A stretch of 64,000 nucleotides of DNA from Neocallimastix sp. 'constans'. Lineage: Eukaryota. Under the pieces are notes generated by a model that did not search any database, was not told where the DNA came from, and was given only the letters and a program-made list of their open reading frames with translations. The stretch spans positions 248,001 to 312,000 of the forward strand of contig JBODTK010000114.1 of NCBI GenBank assembly GCA_050613775.1, in the 5' to 3' direction. Positions 51,567 through 64,000 of this stretch are shown in pieces. How positions within the stretch are numbered: position 1 is the stretch's first letter; each line of letters begins with the position of its first letter. Both the position numbers and the translations under genes were made by a program.

Positions 51567-53877
51567 TTAAATAATATCTATTATTGTATATATTTATTAT
51601 AATGAATATTGTTTTTTATATTTTCATTATAATACTATTTATTTTTATTTGAATAAAAATATCCCCCTATGATATTGATATATTATATTGATTATTATTA
51701 ATATTTTTTGTTAATACTGATATCATTATTAATAATTTAAGACATAATCATTAAATATTTTTTACAATTACTTTTTTATTATTAATATTAATATCTTTAT
51801 TTTAATATTTTTACTTATTATTAATCAAGATAAAATATCAATATATATCAATATTGTAAATATTTTCATATTTATTATTCAAATTGTATAAAAATACATA
51901 AAATCCATACCAATATATTACTGTATAACCAAATCATATTATGTAACATATATAATTAATAATTTTGATATATCTTTAATTTATGATTATTTATTTATTT
52001 ATTTTAATTTAAATATTATTTATTTATTTATTATTTATTTATTATTTATATATTATTTATTTATTTATTTTGTTTTTCATTCAAATAAATGAATTTATTT
52101 GTACTGCCATTTTATCTATTGTATTAATATAGATCAATATATTATATAGCAATTATTTAAAAAAATATATATATTAAATATAAATACTAAATATATTAAT
52201 AATAAATATATACTTAATTCTATATTAAAAAAAAAATAGTAATATAAAGTATTTGACATATTGAACCAAATATATAAAATTTATTTCTAAATAATAATTT
52301 ATACATTTTTATGTATGATGCAAAGTAAAATAAAATAATACATATAAAAGTTTATTAATTATATTGATAAATCTTTTTAATAATTGATTATGTGAAAAAA
52401 TACAAATACATGAAATGAATAAAATCTTTATTTAGGAAAAATAAAAATTAATTAATTAAATGAATAATAAATAATTAAAAATTAAATAAAGTTGGATTAA
52501 AGTTCATAAATTTTTAAATTGTAAATAATAATAAAAAAAAATATTATTGATATTTTGATAGAATTAAAATATCTAAAAAAAAAAGTAAATTATTAATTAT
52601 GTTATATTTTTTAATTTTGGTATATAGTTATGCATAAGTCAACTAAATATAAAAAAAAAAATTTTTTAATTAATTTATATTTTTATATTTTAAATAATAT
52701 AATTATTTAATATATAAATAATAAAAATAATAACGTAAATAATATTAGCAAAATTGATAATATTGATAATATTATAATAATACTAAAAATGAAATTGATA
52801 ATAACAATATAATATATTTTAATAATATTATTATAACAAATAAATAATAATTCATAATTATCATGGATTGGAAAAACAATATAATTTTAAATAAAAAATG
52901 TATTTGTATAGTTTTTTATTATTAATGATTATAAATATTAATTACGGACAATATATAATTGTTATAAGCAGTACATTTATTAGTTTATTTATATTTAATA
53001 ATGATAATAAAAGAGTAGTAAAAAATTATAAATATATATTCAAAAAAAATTTCTGTTATTATTAATTATCTTAATCATCTTTGTAGAGAAGTTTTAATAT
53101 TTAATTATTAATAAAAAAAAAATAATAAAAGCTTAAATATATAATAAGGTAGTTATACATGTATCCAATTACCATAAAAGTCAAAATTAATTAAAAAAAA
53201 TTCTAAATAATTAAAATAAAATATAAATATAGAAAGTTTAATAAATCATTATGAAATTATTAATATACTTGGGTATCACATAGAAAACAACGAACTTTTA
53301 TATTAAAAAGTTTATGCCTTAATATAAATCTATCTATATTTCCTAAATAAATAAATAAATAAAAAGAAAATATTATTTTAATGATGTAAATATAAATATT
53401 AATAAATTAATAAACTTTTATTAATAAATAAAATTTTCTAATATCTATTCCACACACAGTAATAGACGTAAATATTTTAGAACTAATTACAACATCAATA
53501 CTATAAATAATTTTGTCTTAATATATAATATTTTAATTCTATATTTATTTTGTGATAGTCAAGAATATTTAAAAAACCTGATAGTATTTTAATTAATAGT
53601 AGCTTTTTAGTACATCGTATAAAATTATATTCTATCCAAAATAAATAACGTAGTTGGCTATTTTTTTTTTTTTTTTTTTTATAATTTTTATATTTATTTT
53701 TATTATTTTACTTTATTTAATAATTTATCATATTATTTATTTATTTATTTTATATTCATTTATTTAAATTAATCATTTATTATATTTATTTTATTATTAA
53801 TATAGAAATTTACAATTATTATGATTATCATTTAAATATTTTTTAATTATTATTATTATTTTTTTATTTATTTATTT

Positions 53878-54047
53878 ATTTACTATTATTTAAATAATCT
53901 TTCATTATTATTATTATTTACTATTATTTAAATAATTTTTCATTATTATTATTATTTACTATTATTTAAATAATCTTTCATTATTATTATTATTATTTAC
54001 TATTATTTAAATAATCTTTCATTATTATTATGATTATTATTATTATA

Positions 54048-54083
<36 letters not shown>

Positions 54084-54104
54084 TACTATTATTTAAATAA
54101 TCTT

Positions 54105-54139
<35 letters not shown>

Positions 54140-54600
54140 TAAATAATCTATTGTTATTATTATTAATACTCTTTCATTATTATTATTTATTCATATTTAA
54201 ATAATCTTTTATTATTTATTATTATTATTACTTAAATAATCTTCAATTATTATTGTTATTATATTATTTAAGTAATCTTTCGTAATTGTTTTTGATTGAT
54301 TAATCTTTTTTGGTATTATCTAAATAATTCTTTTGTTATAATTATTATTATTTAAATAACCTTTTATTATTATTTGAATGACCTTCTGTTAGTATTATTA
54401 TTATATAAATAATCTTTTGTGGTTATTATCATTATTATCATTATTTATATAATCTTTTAATATTATTATTAATTAATTTTTTTGTATTATTTAAATATTC
54501 TTTTTATTATTATTATTATTAATATTATTATTAATTAAATAATTTATTGTTATTTTTATTATTACTATTATTATTAAAATAATCTTTAATTTATTATTAT
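53878..54600. repeat. Degenerating minisatellite, 38-41 bp unit with palindromic core attatttaaataat
   Basis: tactattatttaaataatctttcattattattattatt starts at 53881, 53919, 53957, 53998 and ~54084. Increasingly diverged taaataatc(t/c)tt cores continue to ~54590. Confidence 0.85.
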
Positions 54601-55140
54601 TATTATAATTATTCAAACAAGGTATTATAATAATTGTTGTTGTTGTTTTTAAATCAATCTTTTATCATTATTATTAATAAAATATATATTGAAAAAAATT
54701 ATAATTTTTTTAATTATAAATTTCAATTTAATTATTGCTATTATCATTATGTATTTAAAACTAAATTACTCATTTCATTCTTGCTATTTAATCATTCAAT
54801 TGAAGTATGTTTTTTTTTAAAAAAAAAAAAAAGTTAACTTAAAAATTAGGATTCAGCTTTAGATAAACTTGCAGATTGGTATAAAAAAACTTCTATAGTA
54901 AAAAGTCTACTTAAGAATGATATCAGGAAAAAATAAAAATAGATATTTAATTTTAAAAAAAAGAAAAAAAGAAGAAAAAATTTTCTTTTAAACGATTAAT
55001 AACATAAACTTAAATGTTCTAATATAATAAAAACCTTAAATGAAGAAAAAACATTAAAAATATTCATATATATTTAATTTCATTTACCTATAATAAAAAG
55101 TTTTAAGCTTTCTAATTTAAAATATTCTCACAATTCAATT

Positions 55141-55330
55141 TTTTTTTTATTTCTGGTGTGTACCACCCTATACCCCCCTCAAGACATGGGAATATTAAGG
55201 TAGTCACAATACTTTGTGGATATAGTCCCTACTGGACAGCCTTACTGTTTATTTAGCATTGGCGCTCTAACCATACATATTATTGCTGAGATTTTCAAGC
55301 ACGATTTTTCTCGGAATGCTTTTTCGGTGC
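55141..55330 (-). mobile_element. Poly(A)-tailed dispersed repeat, copy D
   Basis: Reverse complement reads ...gaaaatctcagcaataatatgtatggttagagcgccaatgct...cagtaaggctgtccagtagggac...ctaccttaatattcccatgtcttgaggggggtatagggtggtacacaccagaaataaaaaaaa. Confidence 0.75.
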
Positions 55331-55639
55331 CTAACTCCCTAGAAGCGAGGCTAGAATAACCCAATTCAATGTAATATAATAACTTAACCCGGAAATGATA
55401 AATTTTATTCATAATATCATAATTTAATTAATAATAGTGATTAAGTTGTTCAAAAACTATATTCATAATCTTCTAGGTGAAATAATTGAATATATATATA
55501 TTTAATATAGATAATTATATAAATTATTGTTAAATAATTATAACCATAGTATACTTATCTACAATTATATGAAATTTATTCATAATTTATTTCCATTAAT
55601 GAAATAAAATTTAGAATAAACTCAACTATTAAAACTCAA

Positions 55640-58560
55640 TAATGTACAAAATAAATAATGTATCCGGAAGTTGATTTAGCGTCATCATTTTCAAACTTTA
55701 GTCCAAAGCTTGTTTAGAAGCATTTTCCAATCTTTCATGGTTTCTTTCAGTTGATAATTTACTGATAGTTTCACTAATGTCTGGCTTTGTGCATCTTGCT
55801 AAATGTATTAGAGAACCTATGGCTGATCTATACTTAGTCGAATTTATATCAGTTTTATTCTTTTCGTTATCTGATATCTCCGAATAAGGATTATCCTTCT
55901 CATCCGTAATATTGTATTCGTTTAATTTATTTTGTATATGTTTGGATTGATCCATAATATATTAGTCTTCTTTTTATGGTCATATTCATTACTTGTAAAA
56001 GAATCAGTACAATTTAATTTTCTTTTGATATTCATTTTTCTTACAGTAAGTGGCACAATTTCACTTAATGAATCATAACTACTTTCAATATCACTTTCCG
56101 ATCCACTTACGAAATTATAATTATTGTTGTTTACATTATCTACTGCACCACTTATAGAGTCACTTTCTTCTATATCATTAACTTCATTATTATTTTCTTT
56201 TATATTTATCCTTCCTTATATTTTGTATTTCAACCTCAGTATTCGATGATATATTAGATTCCGTATTTTCTTGATTACCTTCCATAATTCCGTTATTTGA
56301 CTTTTCATTATTTATGTTTGAATTTTTATTGACTTGTGTATTAGTTTGAATGTTGTCGTTGGTATTATTATCTACGTTCAAATTTTTTGATTTATTTTCA
56401 AGGTCGTCATTTATATCTTCAAGAGTTAATTCTTGATAAAATTCAATATTGTTTAGGTCTTCAATATTTTCACTAATAATTTCTTTACTTATATATGGAA
56501 TATATCAATATCTTTTGACTTAATAAATTTAGTCTCATAGAATTCTACATTTCTGCGCAAGTATATTGCGCCACTTCGTATATCTAAAATTTTGTAGCCA
56601 TTTACATTTTCTGCTCTGCCTAAGTTTATACCGAATTTTTTAAACATATGTAATTTATTTAAATTTTCTTGTCTATCATATACAAAACAGCCGAAAGCTC
56701 TAAATTTGTTGTACCTAATGGTATGATGTTATTGTTTATACCCTTATGAGGTATGATGTTTTTGACATCAATAGCTGACTTTATGGCATACGGCCAATAC
56801 TTTAAATTTAAATTTAAATTTAAATTTGAATACTTAAGAATAGTTTTAACACAATTTTCCAAAGATCTGTTATTTCGTTGAGATCTTCCAAGTTCCTCAG
56901 GATTTCTAGGAGCAGAGGTTAGATGAATTGCTCCATAATTATCATATAATTCATTTACTAATGGTGTACTATATTCTGGAGCACAATCTGTTTTAAAATA
57001 CTTTATATTAATATCGAAGTGGGTTTTCAAGTAGTTAAAAATTTTTATAACTGCATTCCCCACTTCTCTTTTACTTGTAATATTATAAATCCATAATTTT
57101 CTTGAAAAATCATCTACAAAAATTACCGAGTAATTTTCTCCATTTACTCCTTCAACACCTTTTTTTCCTTTATTAAATACTAGTACATCACTATATTTTA
57201 AGTCTCCTCTTGATTTAGCTTTGAGATTACTGGCTTTATTTGGTAATTTATTGATTTTAGATATGTTGCAATCCTTGCATGTTTTGAGTGTTAATTTAAT
57301 ATTTTTCAAATTATTAATTAATTGATTTGCATCATAGTGTAGGAATCTATTATGCCAAATAATTTTGTTTACTTTTTCATTTGTTAGTTCGACTAAGTAA
57401 TTCTAAATTAAATTATTATTTTTAGCATTTGGTTCATTTTTCGTTAATATTTTAAATAATCCTTTGTTTATTTCTATAGTATCTATAGAATCTTTTATGT
57501 TTAATTGCTTAATATTATCTTAAAATAATTTTAAATATTTTTTATTATTTTGATTATAAAATATACAATTGATATTATTATCTAATAAATCTATTATTGA
57601 TAAAAAGGTTCTTCTACCATTTTGAAAGAGAACGGCATTATCAATGTTTAATATTTCTGATCCTAATTTTATTTTTAATTTTCTAGAAATATTTGATTCA
57701 TTGATTTTGTTATTAAGGAAATTAATAATAGTATATTTTATTTTTTTTTGATTTCAATAATTCAGGATTGTTGATTGATTATAGTCTGAGTGTCACCTGA
57801 ATCAACCACCCATTCAATTAAAAATCATTATTGTTATTGATAGGGCTTTCTTCATTGGTTTCAATATTGTAACTTTCTTCATGGTTTTTTTTTTTAATTG
57901 TTTTTCTTTTTCAATTTTTTTCCAGTCATAGAATGAGTCTTTCATATCACATTGATATAACACATGTTCTGTTGACCCACATAAAATACATTTCCTTTTA
58001 TAGACTGGTTGGGTGTTGTATGGTTGATTATTATACTTCTTATCTTCTGAATTTCTTTTAGTAAATGGAACTACTGTTTCCTTTTCATTTAAGGATAATT
58101 GAATTATTTGTTTAATGACTGACATACTTTCTTCTTTCACAACTGCATAAGTTAATCTTTCGTAGATATTGGGATAGTATTGTCTAAAACTTTTACGTAA
58201 GTAACCTAACTTAATAGAGTTTTCATCCTTGCAAAGAATAGGATCCACACCTACCATAATTTTATAATAGCGTTTCCATAAGTTTTCGAAGTTAACAATA
58301 TAATAATTGATTTGCACTAAAATGAAAAATTTTTCTTTTGTTTACTTTTTATTTATTTAAAACGCCTTTTGTAAATATAACTTCTTCTCGTTATATTTTA
58401 AAAATAAAATTCCTTTAAAAATTTCTAAAAAAAACTATCTAAAATAAAATATTAATTTTATGGTATTTATATAAATTTTTTTTTTAATTATTACTAAATA
58501 AGTATTAATAAAATTTTTTTTTTTTTTAGTATTTTTTTATAAAACCTTCTTCTGTTTGTT
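55640..58560 (-). mobile_element. Decayed Ty1/copia LTR retrotransposon (gag-PR-IN-RT-RH order; frameshifted, most of RT deleted)
   Basis: Gag zinc knuckle CILCGSTEHVLYQC; protease EWVVDSG (~57800); pre-integrase WHNRFLH...CKDC; integrase VIFVDDFSRK...KTDCAPEY...PEELGRSQRNNRSL; SH3-like G..LG.....GYKILD......RRNVEFYE; RT tail YRSAIGSLIHLARCTKPDI; RNase H DAKSTSGYII (~55660). No LTRs identified; ends approximate. Confidence 0.92.
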
Positions 58561-58687
58561 TTCTTTTATTGGAAAAGGGCCTCAGACATCTTCCTAGTGA
58601 AGTAATTGAGGAGGATAGGATTATTTCTGATGTAAGAAAAACAACTGATTAAATAATGAACATGATAAAAATGACTTTTAACTATAA

Positions 58688-58964
58688 ACGGCGTCCTTCT
58701 CCACGATGATCTTCACCACGGCGGCATGCAGCTAGTTCTCGTCGCGCATCGGCGCGGTGCAGCCCTCCATGTAGCTGAGCTGGGTGCCTTTCGTCGGCGA
58801 TGATGAGCGTGCGCTCGAACTGCCCCCGTCCTGGCGGTGTTGATGCGGAAGTAGCTGGACAGCTCCATCGGGTACTTGACCTCCTTGGGGACGTAGCAGA
58901 AGGAGCCGTCGGAGAAGACAGCGGAGTTGAGCGACGCATAGAAATTTTCCCCGGTGGGGAACAT
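58688..58964 (-). pseudogene. sufB: Fragment of bacterial Fe-S scaffold gene sufB, GC-rich and pseudogenised
   Basis: With two +1 homopolymer frameshifts corrected it reads [88 protein letters not shown], the conserved SufB core. Hand count gives 58-68% GC per 60-nt line, far above the flanks. Confidence 0.95.
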
Positions 58965-59890
58965 TAAAATACATATGAAAATGATTAATAAAATTTTAAA
59001 AAATTTAATATATGAAAAAGAAAATGATAGAATGTTATGAACTTCTAATTAATACTTTAATGGAAATTAACTAATTCAAAAATTTTACTTTTAATAATCT
59101 AGGTGAATTAACGGAATGTATAGAGTTAAAATAAATAATTTTTTTTGAGTTATTGATATATAATTGTACTTTATTATTATATTAATTTTTATATTATAAA
59201 TAATTTTTAATTGGCTTTTATTAACAATAATTTAACAATAAAAATAATAATAATAAAAGATAAATCTCATTTTTTTTAAATGTTTAAAAAATGGATATAT
59301 TGGAAAATACAATGATTAATATGAAATTTTTTTTTTTATGGAAATTTGGTATTATAAAAATTTCAAATGTGAATTCAGATTATTAACAAGGAAAATAAGA
59401 TGATGTATTTCATCAAACATCTATTTTAAGATATATTATTTTATAACTTTTTTTGTATATATATAATTATATTAAATATTTTTTTTTATTTCATAATATT
59501 AAGGTATACTACTAATTAACTTGTTATTTATTATTTTTTTTCTTGAAATTAAGCAATATATTTTTATAATACAGAAATTTTTTAAAATAATATATATATG
59601 TGTATATATATTTTATAAGCGAATATTGTGCATATTGTGCTCAAAAAAGAATAATTACTAAACTTAAAAATGCTAAATTAAGTATTTTAGTAAAGTCAAC
59701 ATCAAAACTACATTTGTAATGATTTAATTTCTAATTTTGATTTTAAAACTCAATCTTCATTTACAGCAACTATTTACTACTACTAAAAATAATATCATTA
59801 CTATAATTAATTTTTCACCACTACCACTATCATCATTATCACCACCATCACCATCACTATTACTATCACTATCATCATTATCTCTAACAC

Positions 59891-61079
59891 GATAATTACA
59901 TAAATGATTAAATAAATATTTCGTGAAGTATGATACCAAAAAAAAAGGAAAGTCATAAAAAAAAAATTTTTTTTATTAAAAAATAAAAAATAATTTTTTA
60001 TATTTCTCTCTTATTTTCAAATCATCAATATGATAGTTAATATGAAACTTATTAATTGATAATTTTATGATTAAATTTTAATAATTAATAATTATATTAA
60101 AATAAGTAAATAAAAAAAAAAATAAAATAAAAAATAAAAAAATAATAATAAAAAAAAAAAAAAAAAACTTGGTGACTTAAATTTTTATTTTTGTTTCTTT
60201 TTATAAAAAAATAACTATTATAAACAAACAAACAAATGAAAAAAAAAAAAAAAGAATAAAAAATAAAAAATATTAAAACTTATAAATTTAAAAATTGTTT
60301 TTATTTATAAAATTTATTAAATTAGTTTTAATATATTTTATTTTTTTTATTTAATAATAATTTAATTTTATTTGTTAGATTTTCAAACTAAAATTTCTTT
60401 AATCAAAATTACGAAAATAAAATTTTCTTATAAAGAACATGAAATTATAGTTATATATTATAAAATTTTATTTGATATTAATTAAATCAAATATTAAATA
60501 AGTTAAATCTTTTATAATAATAAAAAAGAAGCCTTTCCAATAAAAGTAAATTAAAAAATAATAATAAAAAAAAAAAAAAAATACAATAATACTAATATAG
60601 TATTAATTAAAAAGTTATTTTATATAAAAAGAAAAAAAAATTACAAATAAAACTTTCTTTTTTTTTTTTATAAAAAAAATTCTTCCAAAAATCCTTTTTT
60701 CTTTAATTTTTAATTTTTTTATTTGTAATATATAGTTTTGTAAATATAACGAAAGGAAAGTTATATTTATAAAAAAAAAAAAAAAAAAAAAAAAATTTAT
60801 AAAAAAAGTGTATTTTAATATATAAAGAGTAAACAAAAGAAAAATGTTTATTTTAGTGTAATTAAATTTATTTATTTAATATAAAATTTAATACAAAATT
60901 TATTATTATATAAATTAAGTTTTCATTAAAAAATCTTTTGTACATTATTGAGCATTAATAGTTTATTTTTTTTTTTTTTTAATAATAATTTAATTTTATT
61001 TAACTATAAGCTAATTTTGAATAAATGGATAATTACACAAATGATTCATTAAAAATAAATATTCCGGGATGTATGATAC

Positions 61080-61113
<34 letters not shown>

Positions 61114-61350
61114 GATGTTACAAAAAAAATTTTTTTAATAATAATTAAAAATAATTTTTCATATTTCTCTTTTACTTTCAAATCATCAATATTATAATTA
61201 ATATGAAACATATTAAATAATAAGTCTAAGATTAAACTTTAATGACTAATAATTATATTAAAAAAATTGAATGTTTAAATTTTTATTTTTACTTTTTTTT
61301 TTTTATAAAAAGTACATACTATTATAAAAAATATATATATATAAAACACA
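59891..61350. repeat. Diverged direct repeat pair (~59891-60230 and ~61028-61350)
   Basis: gataattaca.aaatgatt...aaataaatatt.cg.ga.gtatgataccA(n)...aataattttt.atatttctct.tta.tttcaaatcatcaata...ttaatatgaaac.tattaa...aataattatattaaaa is shared by both copies. Confidence 0.8.
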
Positions 61351-62590
61351 AACTAAATTAATTTATAAATTTTTATTATTTTTTATAAACAAATCAATAA
61401 TGAATCATATAAAAAAATAAGGGACTGGTATGCCTATTGAGTTCTCATCTAATTAAAGTTTTATCTCCTGTTGAAAATTGTGGATAATTTCAACCCATGA
61501 ATGGTCTATTCTATTTTTAATTTTTATTTTCTTTTTATAAATATGTTTTTTAAAATTATATACTACAAAAAAAAAAAAAAAAATAAAAAAAATAAATAAA
61601 AAGAAAAAAAATAAAATAAAATAAAAATAGAATAAAATAAAATAAAAAAATATATATATATAAACATTTTTTCTATTATATATCTGTACTTAATACAGAA
61701 AAACACATATAACTATTTCATAATAATTAAAAATAGAATATAAAAATCATTATTCTTATGTTTTATAAGTTATTGAGAATGTTTTTTTTATTATTATTAA
61801 TATTTTAAATAAATAAAATAAATGTGAAATATTTAAATTATTTTCAATAAATAATATTTAAATTATATATTTATTTATTAAATAATCTATAGATAGTGTT
61901 TTTATAATATTTCTAAAATAACAGTTGTTATACTTTTATGAAAATTCATTCATAAAATTTAAATATATTTAAATATATTTTAGTATATTTTAAATATTAT
62001 TTAAATTCTAATTTTTTTTTTAATTGCTAAAAAAAAAAAGAAAGAAATTATATAAATAATTTGTTATAAACTGAATAATGCTAGTTTTAAATTGTTTTTT
62101 AATATTTTAAAATTCATTGCTTTATATGTATATTTTTAATCGAACGACATAATAATAAGCTTTTAATTTTCATTGTTTTTTTTTTTTTTTTTGTGTAATT
62201 TTAATTTTAAATTTGACTTTAATTTTAATTTTCTATTTATATATATATATATATATTATTTTATTTTTATTTTTTTTTTTATTTTCTATTTAAATATATA
62301 TATATATATATTTTATTTTATTTTTTTTTTTTTTTGATTTCATAAATTTTTTTCATTTAAAAATATATTTTTTTTATTTAAATATAAAACTAATTTTCAT
62401 TATTTTTTTTGATTTTCATAATAAAAATATATTTTTCTTTTTTTTTTTTTTTTTTTGATTTTTTTTAAAATATTTAAAAATATTTTTGGTGTCTATAAAT
62501 GAATTAATTATAATAAAATAAATTATATAATATATATAAATTTATTTTATTTCAAATTTATTACTTCTATTATTTTTTTTCGTAATCTGA

Positions 62591-63739
62591 TTAAGCCCAA
62601 ATACCAATAATGGCCATAACAGCTATACCACAATAGAAAGAAATTAATTGAGCATTCTTTCTCATAATAGATCCTTTCTTGAATAAATTAGAATTACAAT
62701 GTCTAGAAAGAATATTAACAAGATCATCATAAATAAGAATACCTCCTGCAACAGCATCAATAATACCTTGAGTAGTTAAATAAACTTTATCAGTGGATTC
62801 AATGGCATTACGAATAAGAATTCCAATAACTCCTCCAATTGGTAAAGTTAAGGAATAAACAACAATCATAATAATAATAGCTGTAAAACGTTTGAAATGA
62901 GCTTCAATGAAAACAGATGAAAGAGAAACTCCTTCAAAGAATTGATGGAAAATTAAGGCTATCATTAAAACAATAAGTTCTTCATCATTGGTCATTCCAA
63001 AAGCAATACCAATTAAAATGGAATGAAGAGAAATACCAATTTCTAATAAATAACAAATAATTTGTTTTTCTTTATTTTCCATCATATGTAAAATACCATG
63101 TTGTTCTTCAGCACATCCATCAACAGCAGAAACTACTTCCTTTTTATTATTCATTGTATGATATTTCTTTTCTTCAGCATTACTCTCATTAGAATCAACA
63201 GAGATAGAAACTGAACTTTCTGATGATTTCTTACTAAGATCATGATCATTATTCTTGTAAAGGAAATGACTAGTATAAACTTGAATAACATGAGTAAGAA
63301 TAATACCAAGAATAGCAAATACACCAGCAAATGAAGTATATTTTTCATAGAAAATTTCATATGTATATTCACTAGTTAAAATTTGACCAGCTGGAATAAC
63401 CATATGGATGAAAGCAACAGCTAAAATAACACCGGTACCGAAAAGTTTAATACAGCTAAAAAGAAGAGTATCTTCTCTGAAGAATGATTTTTTTCTAAAG
63501 ATAATTGGAAGGATGGTACCAAGAAATGAACATAATAAAACAGCAGCAATACCAATAAAAGATACACTCAATGGATAAGTTTTTCCTTCATGTTCATGTT
63601 CATGATCGTGTACTTCACCTTCACCTTCATGTTCATGTTCATGTTCTTCACCTTCTTCATCATCATGATGATGAATTCCATGAGCCCAAATTAATTGGGT
63701 AAACATAAAAACGTAAAAAAGAAATTGATAACTCTTCAT
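62591..63739 (-). CDS. ZIP (Zrt/Irt-like) zinc/iron permease, intronless, 382 aa
   Basis: Signal-like N-terminus and His/Glu-rich segment (HHHDDEEGEEHEHEHE); KLFGTGVILAVAFIHM; LEIGISLHSILIGIAFG (TM4); ALIFHQFFEGVSL (TM5); AVAGGILIY; C-terminal MAIIGIWA. Confidence 0.96.
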   Translation of the reverse strand: MKSYQFLFYVFMFTQLIWAHGIHHHDDEEGEEHEHEHEGEGEVHDHEHEHEGKTYPLSVSFIGIAAVLLCSFLGTILPIIFRKKSFFREDTLLFSCIKLFGTGVILAVAFIHMVIPAGQILTSEYTYEIFYEKYTSFAGVFAILGIILTHVIQVYTSHFLYKNNDHDLSKKSSESSVSISVDSNESNAEEKKYHTMNNKKEVVSAVDGCAEEQHGILHMMENKEKQIICYLLEIGISLHSILIGIAFGMTNDEELIVLMIALIFHQFFEGVSLSSVFIEAHFKRFTAIIIMIVVYSLTLPIGGVIGILIRNAIESTDKVYLTTQGIIDAVAGGILIYDDLVNILSRHCNSNLFKKGSIMRKNAQLISFYCGIAVMAIIGIWA

Positions 63740-64000
63740 TTCTAAACTAACTTTACTTCTCTATTTATACTTTATTATTTTTCTTTTTTTCTTTCTTTAG
63801 TAGACCTTATATAATTATAATAATCAATACTAGATTATTTTAAAAATGTAAAGTCTAATTTTAAAAAATAAAAAAAATTTTATTTACTTTCTTAAATAAT
63901 AAATTTTTATTAGTGATAAAAAAAAAAGGTATAAAACGTTCATATTTATACTTTTTTCATTATATATATATATTTATATATATATTTATATGTATTTAGT

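Noticed and set aside
53878..54600. CRISPR-like array or repeat protein (MKDYLNNSK)
   Set aside because: The spacers are (ATT)n rather than unique, and unit lengths of 38/41 nt break the frame.
58560..58680. Copia 5' LTR / primer-binding site
   Set aside because: There is no matching second LTR near 55.4-55.6 kb and no convincing TG..CA ends or PBS.
58682..58974. Functional SUF Fe-S system in this fungus
   Set aside because: Only ~90 codons of a much longer protein are present, with two frameshifts and a stop, and there are no neighbouring sufC/D/S genes.

Overview
Extremely AT-rich eukaryotic genomic DNA with GT-AG introns and long poly(A/T) and (AAT)n tracts. The gene content (flagellar IFT80, chitin synthase, a SUEL-lectin/GT34 fusion, a beta-helix/EGF 7-TM receptor) points to an anaerobic gut fungus (Neocallimastigomycota); this taxon call is an inference. 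I could splice ten apparently intact genes by hand: HMG-CoA synthase, Gal_Lectin-GT34, a pectin-lyase-fold/EGF class-C-like GPCR, INTS11/CPSF73L, a homologue of the p1 subunit of the MTA1c DNA 6mA methyltransferase complex, MDM10, IFT80, EMC8/9, a class-IV-like chitin synthase and a ZIP metal transporter. Accessory DNA includes a decayed Ty1/copia element and a ~280 bp GC-rich, pseudogenised bacterial sufB fragment that looks like horizontal DNA uptake. It also holds four diverged copies of a ~200 bp poly(A)-tailed retroposon-like repeat, a ~300 bp near-perfect palindrome, an unannotated ~230 nt island with nested stems (candidate ncRNA), an orphan ORF with an in-frame TGA, and several mini- and microsatellites. 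All family calls come from recalled motifs, not database searches.
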